Below are positions 1-11,758 of a DNA stretch of 64,000 bases, in pieces. Below the pieces are notes generated by a model. The model searched no databases. It saw only the letters and a program-made list of their open reading frames with translations, and was not told the origin of the DNA. How positions within the stretch are numbered: the stretch's first letter is position 1; every line of letters starts with the position of its first letter. The stretch is taken from contig NC_045138.2 of NCBI RefSeq assembly GCF_008831285.2, positions 37,634,001 to 37,698,000 of the forward strand, given 5' to 3'. This stretch comes from Nymphaea colorata (Eukaryota). The position numbers were made by a program, and so were the translations under genes.

Positions 1-929
1 GTTAAATGAACTGAACTCGAGTTAGATGAGTCCAGTTCATTCAAGTTCAGTTAATTGAATGTGCTTATGTGACATGTTTTAGTGTTTCTTGTGGGGCTCA
101 ACGAGTTCCTGCTTCATTTTTTGAAGAAAAAAAAAGAGAGAAAATTTTTAGGTCTTATGAAATTCATGTTCGATAGTAAAGTTTGGTTGCTAATTAGCTT
201 ATTCATAAAGTATTTTTGTTTTTATGGTTTATACTTAATGCTTTATGACAAGTATGGTTTTCCAAAGACACTTATGTTCATATTAACATTTGGGAACAAT
301 TTTTCTCATGTAATTTACATGTTGATGTTATTTAAAAATTTAAAATTTATTACTAGTACCAAAAAACTTTTGACTCCGCCAGTTCGTATGCGAGAGAAGA
401 TGTTCAGCATCACAACAATCTGATCCAATCACTTAAAGCAGGTCTTTTATGCAAAAGGCTTCCCTTATTATCATGCTTTGAGAAAATTTCTTACCTTTTA
501 GTCAAAATCTTAGTCGCATCACCTTTTCTATATTATTTTTAATGTCATCCTTATCATTTGCATTTATCCAAAATGATTGAAAAAAGAAATTAACGAAACC
601 ATCTCTTTCATATGTAATGGGCCTGGTTTCTGCCTTAGTTTACTCTCCTATGATTTGATACTCAATAAAGAGTATGATTTTGTAAAATGTTAAAACGGCT
701 TGCGTTATGTCAAAAATATATTAACATGCAAAAGCCACAAGTGCTAGAAGAAGAACTGTATAAAATAATCACAAGAGACCGCCTTTTCATTAAAAAGGGA
801 CGAAATAGGGTTCATCTTTATTTCGCATTCGAAACCACGACCTGAGTCCGGAGTCAAGAGACATCATTTCGTTGCGGACCTCCATGTGGGTGCCAATAGA
901 ATTTGACTTTTCAATCGCTGGCCTAGCGG

Positions 930-1241
930 TGAGGGGTGAGTCCTACTCCACTGGTTAGAACTTAGTTCGTGAGCGACTTCAAGCCGAATTTACGTTGAAG
1001 TTGAGTTCACAAGTTGACTTGTTCAAATAATCGAGTTGAGTTTGTGCTCAACACGTATTGTCGAGTTGAGCTCGAGACTTAATCGAGTTTGTCGAGCCTT
1101 AATCAAGTCGATATATTCAAACGAATTTGTCGAACCTTAGTCGAGTTGAGCTCGAGCTGCTTCCATCAAGCTATTCTCGAGCTCGAGGTTTAATTAGTCG
1201 AGCTGACTGAACTCGTGCTCGAATCAACTCATGTTTACCCC
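930..1241. mobile_element. Degenerate MITE-like element rich in GTCGAGTTGAGCTCGAG motifs
   Basis: Repeated (G)TCGAGTTGAG(CTCGAG) motifs occur at ~1031, 1060 and 1140. The right end is ...ACTCATGTTTACCCC, and similar degenerate motifs lie at 1-55. No clear TSD; the left boundary is approximate. Confidence 0.5.
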
Positions 1242-1405
1242 AAAGAGAGAGTGTGTGTACGCGTACATTGTGCGGCAGCAGCATCGGAGTTTAGTGAGAA
1301 GATAGTATTCCATCAATTTGGTATGCGTTTCACTATATGACATAGAAATATAACGCCAATAGAAATCAAACTCGCCAACTCTACCAACTATACAATGTTC
1401 GTTAT

Positions 1406-1451
1406 TATATTCTTAAGTTGGGTTATTGTATATTCTTAAGTTGGGTTATTG
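1406..1451. repeat. 23-bp tandem repeat x2 (TATATTCTTAAGTTGGGTTATTG)
   Basis: Two exact adjacent copies at 1406-1428 and 1429-1451. Confidence 0.9.
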
Positions 1452-1764
1452 TAGACAGAAAAATGCAAACTTAGGCTTATTCCGGATGGTTCCTTTCATA
1501 ATCAAAGATGCCAACATCTGGAAAAAGGGTACCCTCCACTTACCCCAGTTGTCATGATGAAAGTGGGCGGCTATTTGCTCCACACCCAGAAAATTTTAAT
1601 ATTTGGGCCATGCCTCTAAAAGGTCTTGAAAATTTTTCTCCTGAGACCTGCTTTCTAGCTATAATTTTAAAACCAAGCCTCATATCTTTTAATTCCTTAT
1701 TGCTCACAACTGCCAAGCAGGAGCATAAGGTTAAATTAAAAATAATAGCTTTTCAAACTTGGGA

Positions 1765-2007
1765 GGGAGTGTTTAGATGACACCATCATAAGAAAAATTA
1801 TTTTGAAAAACTGTTTCTTTAATTACTTTTTAAAAAGGTGGTTTGTTTGTTTTTTTGTGAATAATGTGGGGGACCAAGTATTCAATCCCTTTTTTGAAAA
1901 CTAAGTTTTTCTCAAGAATCATTTTCGAGAAAGCCTGCTTTGTGTCGTCTAATCAACCCAAAAAAACTGTTTGAGAGACAAAACTTTCCTATCATCCAAA
2001 CACTACC
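1765..2007. mobile_element. Tourist/PIF-Harbinger-like MITE
   Basis: The 16-bp TIRs are GGGAGTGTTTAGATGA (1765-1780) and TCATCCAAACACTACC (1992-2007), 14/16 complementary. The interior is AT-rich and non-coding. No canonical TAA/TTA TSD is visible. Confidence 0.65.
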
Positions 2008-2433
2008 GAAACCTTTTAGCTGTTGTCATGTATGTTCAAGCTAATGGAATGGAATAAGTGCCACCTTACATACTTTTATTTGAAAATTACTGTCAGCTAA
2101 AGTGAAAACATATATATGCACTTTTTAGAAATTATATTAAAAGGTGTCTCAGAAATAAAACTTGTTTTGTCGGCGATGCGCGATGAAGGGCTCTCCTGTT
2201 ACATCGTTGTACAAGTGAGGAACTTTTCGTTTGGCTTAATTTTAAATATGGGTGCGACTTTTTTGTATTTTTCTAATGCACGCCTCACTTTTATTGCGAA
2301 TTGTCACACAACACAACCGTCTTTACCATTCTCTCAGAAGTCATAACCGTAGTTAAAATATGAAAAAGTAAAGGAAATAACTTTCTTTCCCCACTTTCAA
2401 CATGCGCTGGTTAATTATCTTTTTTTTTTTTTT

Positions 2434-2646
2434 AATAGTTGGCTGACTCATTGAGCTTGGATCGTTAGAAAACCTGACCAGGTGTCAAGGTTGGTCCAAT
2501 TCGGCCCTTAGTCCTCTGACTCGGCTTAACTTGGCCCTGACTCACCCGATTTAGGTTATTTTAAAGCATGATGAGTTGATGAGTCAACTCACCGGTGACC
2601 CAATCATATGTCGATCCGGGTCCGAGTCATGACTTTGTCAACTATG
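2434..2646. mobile_element. hAT-like MITE with (C/A)ATAGTTG termini and GACTC/GAGTC subterminal motifs
   Basis: The left end AATAGTTGGC and right end GTCAACTATG are 8/10 complementary, and the interior has many TGACTC/GAGTC motifs. A related terminus CATAGTTGGCT with the same motifs starts at 34827. Confidence 0.45.
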
Positions 2647-3706
2647 TAGTTTTCTTCGATAGCGAAACTAAAAACAGGAAAACAAGAGATGTTAACTCCC
2701 TTTTAAAAAAGTTTGGATCAGCAACAGCGAAAATTAGATAGAGGAATACCTATTTAAAAATATTTATATTTGAAAGGGTATATAAAGGTAAATATTAAAA
2801 TTTTTAATATAAAAATAAATGAATTTTAAAGAGGTGGTGTGCCGCACCAACCCACACATGGCTTAGACATGAAACGTGATACCGATTTAACGGCCTGTTT
2901 CCTTACAATCAAAACATGGCTTGTTTCTTTCATGCAATAATATATTTCAATGGGTCGTCTTTTGTACATATTATCTTGCGCCATCCATTTTTGAAGCACT
3001 GGAAAAAATACTGTTGGTGAGTTGGAATTAAACAGTTCAAAGCTCCATTTATTGGACAAATCATGTGAACCATATGTATCAGAAATTTTTTTTAAATACG
3101 GAACAGAAAAAATAGTACAGTATTTTTATGTATTTTTTAATACACGCAATAAGATATTACTTTAGTAATATAAAATGACAAGCATATCTGTAAGTTTGGA
3201 TTCTGCAAAGGACAATTGCAGGTATGCCTTTTGGAAAGTGCCGGAGACATTCAAGGTATAAAAAAATTGTTTAAGAGCTATCAACTTTCCATTGTTTCGT
3301 GGACAGAACATGTGAAGAAAGAGGGGTCAAAAAGCAAAAACTTCATCAAGAAGAGGGAGGGAATGCGATATAACTTTTCAAGCAGTGGCACCTTCACTTT
3401 TAAAGTACTCTACTATTTATTCCTTTCTTTCCTCCCAGTGAAAGTACTCTCGACTTCAATACCGTTCACATATAAACTAATGTTTGCTAAACTGGATTGC
3501 TGGTTAACTAAAGCCGATAAAGCTTGTTTCCTTTTTATTGCTGTTTGCTCCAAGATTAACGCAGTCTATTCTTAGAAGCAAACATAAAATGCAGCCTCAT
3601 GTTTTCTGCACATTGGATGATTTTCGCCTCTGTTTTCCTAGCAACAGAGAACAAAACTTTTTGTTTTGGAGAAAAAGAAATAAGCACATGACTATTGAAT
3701 AGCAGA

Positions 3707-3760
3707 AGATTATGCGATCATAAATTAGATTATGTGGTCATAAATTAGATTATGCGATTA
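3707..3760. repeat. 20-bp tandem repeat x~2.7 (AGATTATGCGATCATAAATT)
   Basis: Period-20 copies with 1-2 mismatches. Confidence 0.85.
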
Positions 3761-4779
3761 TAGTTTACAATTTATAATCAGTTTTACCATTCTTGAGGGT
3801 CACACATATACAGTTAAAAATGTGCTTCATAATTTTTGTAGCAGCAGGATTTGAGAACTAGGATTCTTTCGTTTATGGTCGATACGATGTATCCTGACAA
3901 ATACATTGTACATATATCGGTATAATGCATGCAATTTACGCAGTTTTCCTATACATATATCAGAGTTTATATAATAACTTGATCCATCTTTACTTGATTG
4001 ACGCTCTTTCACACGTATAGTCCATTTTGTCCAAAAAAGTAAAGAAAAAAAAATCACAAAATTAAAGTTGTGGTTGCGTAAGTACTTCAGCATGGTTAAT
4101 TCTTGAACTCCTGTTAAAATAAAATAAGCGTGCTTAAAGCATGCACAAACATGTACTTGTGACTATAAGCTAAACGAAAAGAAAAAGTGAATAAAGAAAT
4201 CGTGTTATTAAACATAAGTGGACTCCACAAATGCTTGTCTTACTATGGATATGCTAACACCCTAAAAGCTCATATATTCTACTAAAACCTACATAATAAC
4301 AAATTGTATACGCTTCATGGGGGACAACTCTAAACCCACTACTAAAGTTGCAGAATATGCTAACGAAGCCAGGGGGGCTGTTTGAAAAATAAAAAAATTA
4401 TATATTTTTAGGGTGATAAAGAGATTTACATGACAACAAAAACTAAACTACATCCATGTTGGTGAGGTTGGCGGTGCACCGTTCAACTTAGATACTGAGC
4501 TTGTTGTGATGCAAAAATAACGACGACCCTTAAAAGAGTAGCGCCACCTTCCTAACCAACCAGCTACCTAATATTTTCAAAAATTTTAATTTGACCCTCA
4601 TAAAAATGTAACGGGTTTCTTGTGAAAAAATTTTAAAATTTTGTATTATATTGATGATAAATGCAATTAAATGAATTATAGAAAAACCTTAAAAGGCAAA
4701 AAAAGAAAAAAGAAAAAAATCGAAGCGTCTCCCGCGCCCGCTCGCTCTGTGGCGAGGGGGAGAGGGAAAGGGCGCGCAA

Positions 4780-5016
4780 GCGTTTATAATAAAAAGGAGG
4801 GAAGAGGGCTCTCCCTCGCTCTGGTGACAATCGGTGGTGGAGGGGACCAGAAAAGTGGCTGCTTCTCTTTTGACGCTGTCTTCCCTAACCCCTCGGTCCT
4901 CTCCCTTCGTCGCACTCCGATGGTCGAATTGACGCATTTTCCGATAAGGGCGAGAAGGAGAAAAGGACGGAAAGTGACCGTCTAGAAAGCTTTGCTGTAG
5001 AAGATTCTTCACTGAG
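4780..5016 (+). promoter_or_regulatory. Putative promoter and first (non-coding) leader exon, most likely of TPS1
   Basis: A GC-rich island has TATA-like TTTATAATAA (~4782), a CT-rich leader, and a donor-like GAG|GTGATC at 5016/5017 followed by pyrimidine-rich intron-like sequence. A matching acceptor-like TGCAG|G lies at 11668/11669, 90 nt upstream of the TPS1 ATG. The link to TPS1 is inferred. Confidence 0.4.
4920..4985 (+). other. Candidate uORF (21 aa, MVELTHFPIRARRRKGRKVTV) in the putative TPS1 leader exon
   Basis: ATG at 4920 (context CCGATGG) and TAG at 4983-4985, entirely upstream of the putative donor at 5017. Confidence 0.3.
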
Positions 5017-6562
5017 GTGATCAACCCCCTTACTTCTTTCTTTCCCGATCTCTTTTCTCTTCCTCGCTTTTGTTCTGCTTTCCCTGCAATGAAACTGATG
5101 ATCGCAAAGTGGATGTGCAACGCTTCCTTTTCTTTCTTGAATTCCTTTGCGTTTTGAGTTCTTGAATCTCTCAGTTGCGAAAAGGACGCGGCGGCTTCGA
5201 GTTTTTGCTTTTTTTGTTTTTTCCTGCATGATTTTCTTTTTTCTTTCTATTGATGATTGTTGTGGATCTCTCGGTTCGTTTTCTCCCGAGTTTTTGTGAA
5301 GCTTGTTCTGAAAGAACGAGAGTCGCGCGGTATTCATGTTTTTTCGTACGTTTCTTGTTTTTCTGGATTTGGATTTCACCTTGGAATTAGTGCTTAGCGC
5401 TTCTAGGCAAATTTTCTCGTCTTTTTCCTGTGAATCATTTTCGGGATGTGAATGCTTACTGGAGATCTCGACTAGCCTCGGGATGTGATCTCTTTGTTAT
5501 CGATCTCCAGTTCCACGACAAATGAGATCTCGCCAGTTCCTGGAAATTAAAATCGCAAGGGTTTTCATTTCTGGACGGGGCGCGCGGATCACGTCCGTCG
5601 TCCGGCGTAGGCGCCAGGTTCGTGATTTAATTAGATCTTGATTCGTGTCGGAATCCTGTCCGTACCGGTCATACGCTCTGCCTACGGAAGGTTTTGAAGC
5701 TGGGGAAATAGGAAGGCCCTCGGTCGGAGGATTAAAGACTAAAGTATGTGTGGAAAAGCAATTCCCCCACTCCGCGTTTCCTTTCGTCGCGCTTTGCTGG
5801 TACCTCCTAAAAATAGAACGCAGTTCGGTCAGCGGAAAAAGGATTTTAGCGGTAGCTCAGCATTGAGAGTTTCCGTCGACTTATCGCCGGGAAATAAGTC
5901 GGTCGAAGTATCTTACCGCATGCCACCGGCCGGTGAAGATCTTCGAAGTCCGTACAGGTAGGTTGGAGGTCAAAAAGAAAAAGACCGGGAAAATGGGAAA
6001 TTTAAAAGTGGGTGCTCATAATTACAAGAAGACCCACGAAATCCTCGTTCGTGGCATGTACAGGATCTTTTTATCTTTCTTAGTTATAAAATAATTCAAA
6101 AATCAGTTTAAAACCTAATTTTTCCATTCATATTGGTTTGCAGCCGGTAGGATGAGCTGGGGCATTCTGTAATGCAGATGATTGCCATGTTATTCTGTTC
6201 CCTTTTGATTGATAAACTAGGGCCAGCGTATTCCCATCAGTTTATGCCTACACACCATCGGTAAATTTGAACTCTTGAGTCGTAGACTACTTCTAAATTT
6301 GAGAAATCCAACCCCACTAACCAAGTAAGAAAACTTATGTTTGAGATACGATTTAACTATCGCCATAATCAAGAAACATTATTTCGTAACTCCTACATAA
6401 GAACTTGAATTAGTTTCCACCTAATAAAGTGGAATCGTGACTCCTAGATGAGAACATAAACTAGTTTCAACCTGTTAAAATGCAAGTGTGTAAATTAGTA
6501 CGACTACAGTGCCGAATCTTTGTCACGGAAGATTTCTTTATTTATACAACATTTCGAAACAA

Positions 6563-6685
6563 CAGGTGGAGAAATCAGAATTTTTTGGTTGAGGGCCACT
6601 TGAGTGGCCTACCCGAATCTGGCGTGGCACCGCATGTGGCTGATGGGCAGGTGCAGGCAGTGGCTCACACGCTGCTCCACTACTG
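6563..6685. mobile_element. Short MITE of a CAGTGGCGGA...TCCGCCACTG-type family
   Basis: The left end is CAGGTGGAGAAATCAGAATTTTTTGG and the right end GCTCCACTACTG. Related right ends occur at 372-383, 35841-35852, 39990-40001 and 53270-53281. Confidence 0.4.
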
Positions 6686-7482
6686 AAAACAAGGGTCTAG
6701 CGTTGGTGAAACGATTGAGACAACTAAGCCTATTTTTCTCTTTATTCAATATTCGTTATTGAATATATGAGAAGAAAGACAAACTTAAGAACTTAAGTAT
6801 TAAAGCGAAAGTGCTACTTTCTATCTAGAATTCACCTATCTTAAGGTGGACAAGATAGTTGTGAAAAGGAAAAATTAAAAACAGAAGAAAAAGAGTGAGA
6901 CAAATGATCGGTGAAATGAAAAAGAAAAAGAAAAAAGTGGGTTTCGAAATGGAACTGATTTACATCTTGATGTATTATTGTATGTCTGAAGCTATAAGCT
7001 GAAAGATTACAATTTTACAGATTGTTTTTACATGAACCACATTTATAGATACATGCACCTATTCTTTGCACGCGAATAAACCTTCAAAAGGAAGCAAAGT
7101 GGACAAGCATTTTATATGACAAGTGAAAAAAAGAAAGAATTATTGGGCATTTTCCTTCCTTTGGTTGTGATTGTCTGTAAGAGTATTTCATTGTACTGTT
7201 GAAAGAGAAGCAAAGCTCCCTCCCAACTCTTTGTCTAAAGGACATACTTTCAATGTCTACTTTCTTTTTCAACAGGAAAGAAATGATTGGTGGATGGGCC
7301 CAAGTTTATGGCCATTTGGTGCATGCAACCGCTTTTTGGAAATCAAACCTCACTGATAGGTCAAAATATTGTTTGGAAAAAAGACTGTTGAAATCCGATG
7401 TCTGGATCTAATTTTCTGACCTATATGTGTATTTTTTAAGATGATGAAGTATAGCACCAGTATTTAAAATTTGGTCTTACTC

Positions 7483-7522
<40 letters not shown>

Positions 7523-9102
7523 AATGAGTAAAACCAATTTTACTGGTATATCCGAAACCGCTTAATCATGGATAAAAACCAGACTCTTGAACTTTTGTTG
7601 AAAAATATTACAAATAAAACGTAAGCATCTTAATATGCTTGCAAACCTTAATTTAATATAATAATTCAAGCCGCTCTTATGAAAAATATTGATTGTTGTA
7701 CAATCATAATTTTGATATATGTTAGCTGTTAAATTTTTTATTATTAAAAATACGTTTAGACTAAAAAATTGATTAAAATGATAGTTTGTTTTCCGTTCTC
7801 GTGTGCGCATGCGTGTGTGTGTGTCTATATATATATATATATAGTTAAATTACACAAACATATTATAGTGAAAAAGTTTAAGGACTTGGGATTTTATCCC
7901 CTCCCTTAGTGGTCTGGCATACGCAAATTCATCAATTTCATTTTAGAATTAGCTTTTTCACTATTTTGTTTTCTTTTTCATTCTCTCATTCATTTAGTTT
8001 TTCTTTTTCTCAAATTTTCTGTATGAGCATTCTTACAAGTATGTTTGTGACCATACATACAAATATATTGCATAAGCACACATACGCTTAGATGCACAAA
8101 AATTCCGCATGCACGATTATGTTCTTGGAGATACTAACGTTTTGCTTGTAACGTGATTCTCGCTAATTTTATGCTTTTCCATATGATTGTTTGAGAAATT
8201 TGGTGGTCGTTTGTGAATCATTAAATTGCTATCCGTAGACAACAAAAGATGTACTACGAGTATCTTGGTAACTTCTGCATAAGCTTGCTTGTGCAAGCAT
8301 GCACGCATTGGTTTTAATCACCCTAATCCTAATGATATTTCTTTCAAAAGAATAAGTGGTTACTCGCAGTTAAGTCTATTGTTAGTTTGACAAATAAACA
8401 TGTTATCTAATGTCCACGATTCAGTGCTGTTAAAGGCTAATTTTCGAGGCGTGGAGCGTAGGCCTGAAAGCATTTTGTAACCGACAAAGCCTCGTTCACA
8501 GATATATTGTTCTTTTAATTGAAAACAAAATGAAAACCCCAATTTTTTTCCCCTTTTCGTTGGCGCTTTTCCCACCCCCTCTCGATTGAGGGCCGCCGTC
8601 CAGCAATGCCCAGCTGGCATCTCTTGTTCGTCTGTTTTTTTGCTCTTGCTTTTTCTGAACCTACCATATATGTTGTTATACTCCTCGTTGTGCATTGGTC
8701 ATTCATTGCCATCTTGGTGCCTGTAAACCCCGATTGATTAATATCAAATATTTACCATTTACTGAAACATATTTAAACTATAATTGGTATATTAAACTCT
8801 TTACCAAGAGGCCATGGTTAAGCTTTACAAACTAACAATAGCAGCGACTGCTCTTCTGCAAAATAGCACGTGCAGGGAGAGTTACATTAAAAAAACTCCA
8901 AACTGGTGCGTTTCAACTTAAGACATCAGAGAAATCGTAAGGCCAGCCTTGTCAATCTTCAACCGAAAAGCAACCAGAAAAAAAAGTGGAGGGCTGAAAA
9001 GATATTCTTGCTGCTGCTACAGTCAGCTACTTTACATAAATGAAAGCTTATTGTGATTACGAGAACCAGAAACTGTTCAAGATATGAATTTCTTGGGACC
9101 AT

Positions 9103-9219
9103 TCAAGCTTTGGTGTTTGCTGCATTATCTACAGCCTGCCAAATTCGCTCATCGCGTTTATCCTTCCGTATGCGCTCTCTTGCTTCCCTATCTGCCTTGA
9201 TTGCTATGATATCCAGCAT
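9103..9219 (-). CDS. Candidate terminal coding exon or small ORF (MLDIIAIKADREARERIRKDKRDERIWQAVDNAANTKA*), unknown product
   Basis: On the minus strand a TTTCAG acceptor immediately precedes 38 open codons of charged, helical-looking composition ending in TGA. The other two phases stop within 11 codons. A possible phase-0 upstream exon lies at 9991-9935. Confidence 0.3.
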   Translation of the reverse strand: MLDIIAIKADREARERIRKDKRDERIWQAVDNAANTKA

Positions 9220-11758
9220 CTGAAATCTCCAATAACCAACCCGAACAGCTCATTAGAAGGCATATTCCATCGCCATTATCAAAGAATCTTCTGAGAAAGA
9301 CAAGCAAAGTGGTTCTTGTGGCTGTTAGGTTAGGCATGGACAAGGTATGCATCTATTCTCAATCATAGCAAAAAAAAAAAGTTAGAGGTTGATTCACATA
9401 TGAGAACTTGGATGTCCGGGTCTACAGATGTCTGATGAGCCGGTAAGCTTGATTCTGAACAAGATGAGCCTATATTTAATGACTGATGGCAACTGCCATT
9501 TCTCTTAGATGAGTTTTCAAGTCCTAATGCATCTCAAGTGCACCAGCAGTATTCACTTTGGCATGAAAAGTATGTGGAACATTTTGGTGCACAATCGGCT
9601 TCAATTTAGAGAAATTTTAGTTATCTATTTGGACTTATTTGTTAGAAGATCAATAGACAATTTTTACAAGAGTTTTGGCTAGAAGAACATGCTCTTGGAA
9701 CATAATTTCCCAAACAAGCGTTTTCAAAATACCATGTCCTTGTTTAAGAAAAATCTGAAACGATAATGTCAAGAAATTGGTTGTTGGATTTAGAAACAAT
9801 ATCCATAATCATACCATGTTTCCTAAAATAAAGACATGATATTTTTAATTTACGTATTATAAAAACATGTGCTCTAAGAACTCGGTGTTGTTTCTCATCG
9901 AACGCCTTCTGCACCATTGTGGACGGACGGTTACGGGCCGTGGCGGAGAAGGGCAGCGGTTAGCTAAACAATATGCCACTGGAGAGTTCATTAGTAGGGC
10001 CACTTGCAGGAGGACAAGGAGCTATTCGAGAGTGCTTTCGAAAAGCCCCCTTATTATGGCTGAACCATCGTGGAGTGGAAGAAGAGACCAAAAATAGTTC
10101 TGAGTTTAGATATATATGAAGGGGCTAGCGAAATAAGAGTTCACTGTAAAATCGTATTGGTATCTCGTGCAACTTTTTACAAAGGGTGGATGCATGTTTC
10201 TGCTGGATGCCAGGAAAAAAGAGAGAAAAAAAAAAGCAGCTGTGGTCATTTGTGTAATTTGCGCTATCGGGTGCATCATTACCAACGTCAAAAACTTCCT
10301 GCAACAGAACCGTCTGCACGGTTGTCCATGATGTAACCCAAATGTGGAAGTGGAAACAACATGCTGTCAAGTGCCTTCCTTTCCTCCGTTTATCATTTTG
10401 TATTTTTTTTTCCCTTCTCCCGCTCCTTTTCTACATCCGATTTTCTGACCACAACCATGCAAAATATCCACTCCAAGTGGCTTTCCTTTAGAAGAAGAAA
10501 TGCCAGCTATTCAGGTGATCTGTTCATCCAAGTTGGTGGATGGAGCAAGTTCGGGTGCGTCGTTGGACCTTTAACTTAATTTATGCTTCAAAATAAGAGG
10601 AACCACTTCTTTCTTTCTCCTTCCTTCTCTGCATTTATTTTGTGATACAGTCTTGATACCAAAGAAATTCCCTTCACTTCTCTCCGTGCCATTTAATTTT
10701 TGAGCTTTTGTCGTTATTCTTGCCCGAGCGACAGACTGGTTCCGCTTGGTATCCTTGGTTCTTGCCTGAGCAATTTTGGTTGTTTTGGACAGGAATACGA
10801 AATAAAGCCACAACTCGTCGAAGGAGAAGGGAACAGAGGGGTGCAAATAAAATAATTTGCTATCTGGCAGATGTAAACCGTGGCAAACTTTGCCTCCAGA
10901 AAAATAACATTCATGGAAACATGCGCATCAGCTTTTGGTTTTACGAGGACAAAAGAAAGTAAAAACTCGTGAACGGTGTTGCTTTTGAAAAAGATATAGT
11001 TTTCTTTCATTCTCGAGCAAACCAGGGACGCTTAATTTGTTCCTTTCTGTGACTATCCTATGTTTTTCATTTAGTTTTTTGGCAATTTTGCATCGGGATG
11101 CCACTCTGTTTGCTTCTTAGTTTATGCCGTCCCCACCTTCGTTTCCCTTTTCTCGAACTCCTTTTGGCCTCCCTATTAATGGGTACACATTATCATGGCC
11201 GTCGATGTGATGAAAAATGATAAAAAGTCTATTTTCGATTGTATTACCTCGCGATAGTTCTACTGTTGATTGTTAGTACATGTTACGATGTAAAAGTCCT
11301 CTTCTATTAGATCAAAATACTTGATATCTCTTGAAGCATGAAATTTCTGTCTGATGGTCGTCTCTGGTTGTTCTCAATTTGTTCTAAGGGCGTGTCAGCC
11401 ATTTTCTTCGTTGCGAACAAAGTCTGTCAGTTGCTTTGAGAATTGTTGCACTTCGGGATCTACATGCTCCGTACGATGACGGGAGTGCGACAACATGTTT
11501 ATTTCAGCATTGGAGAACCCTCTGTAACTCAGCATTGCGGCTTGCTAACCTGAGAAATATGCGTCCGAATGAAGGAAGCAATCTAAAATATGCATATTGC
11601 AGGATATGCTTGGCTTGCTTGCTCTGTTTGCGTTTCCTGACGGGCTCCTGAACTTGATATAAATGCAGGGAATTTATCCGTTCCCCTGTGGAAGCAGTAG
11701 GCCGGAATTTTGGTTCTCTATTTGACATCTAGTGAAACTGTGCTAAAGTTTTGCGCGT

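Noticed and set aside
4633..5379. 100-164-aa ORFs on both strands
   Set aside because: These are K/R- or F/S-rich translations of promoter and pyrimidine-tract sequence with no domain.
5845..5910. tRNA-like GCGGTAGCTCAG followed by an 8-bp hairpin
   Set aside because: There is no B-box/T-loop or acceptor stem, so it is not a tRNA.
9974..9994. miR399-like 21-mer TGCCACTGGAGAGTTCATTAG
   Set aside because: Only about 14 of 21 positions match, with seed mismatches, and there is no complementary precursor arm.
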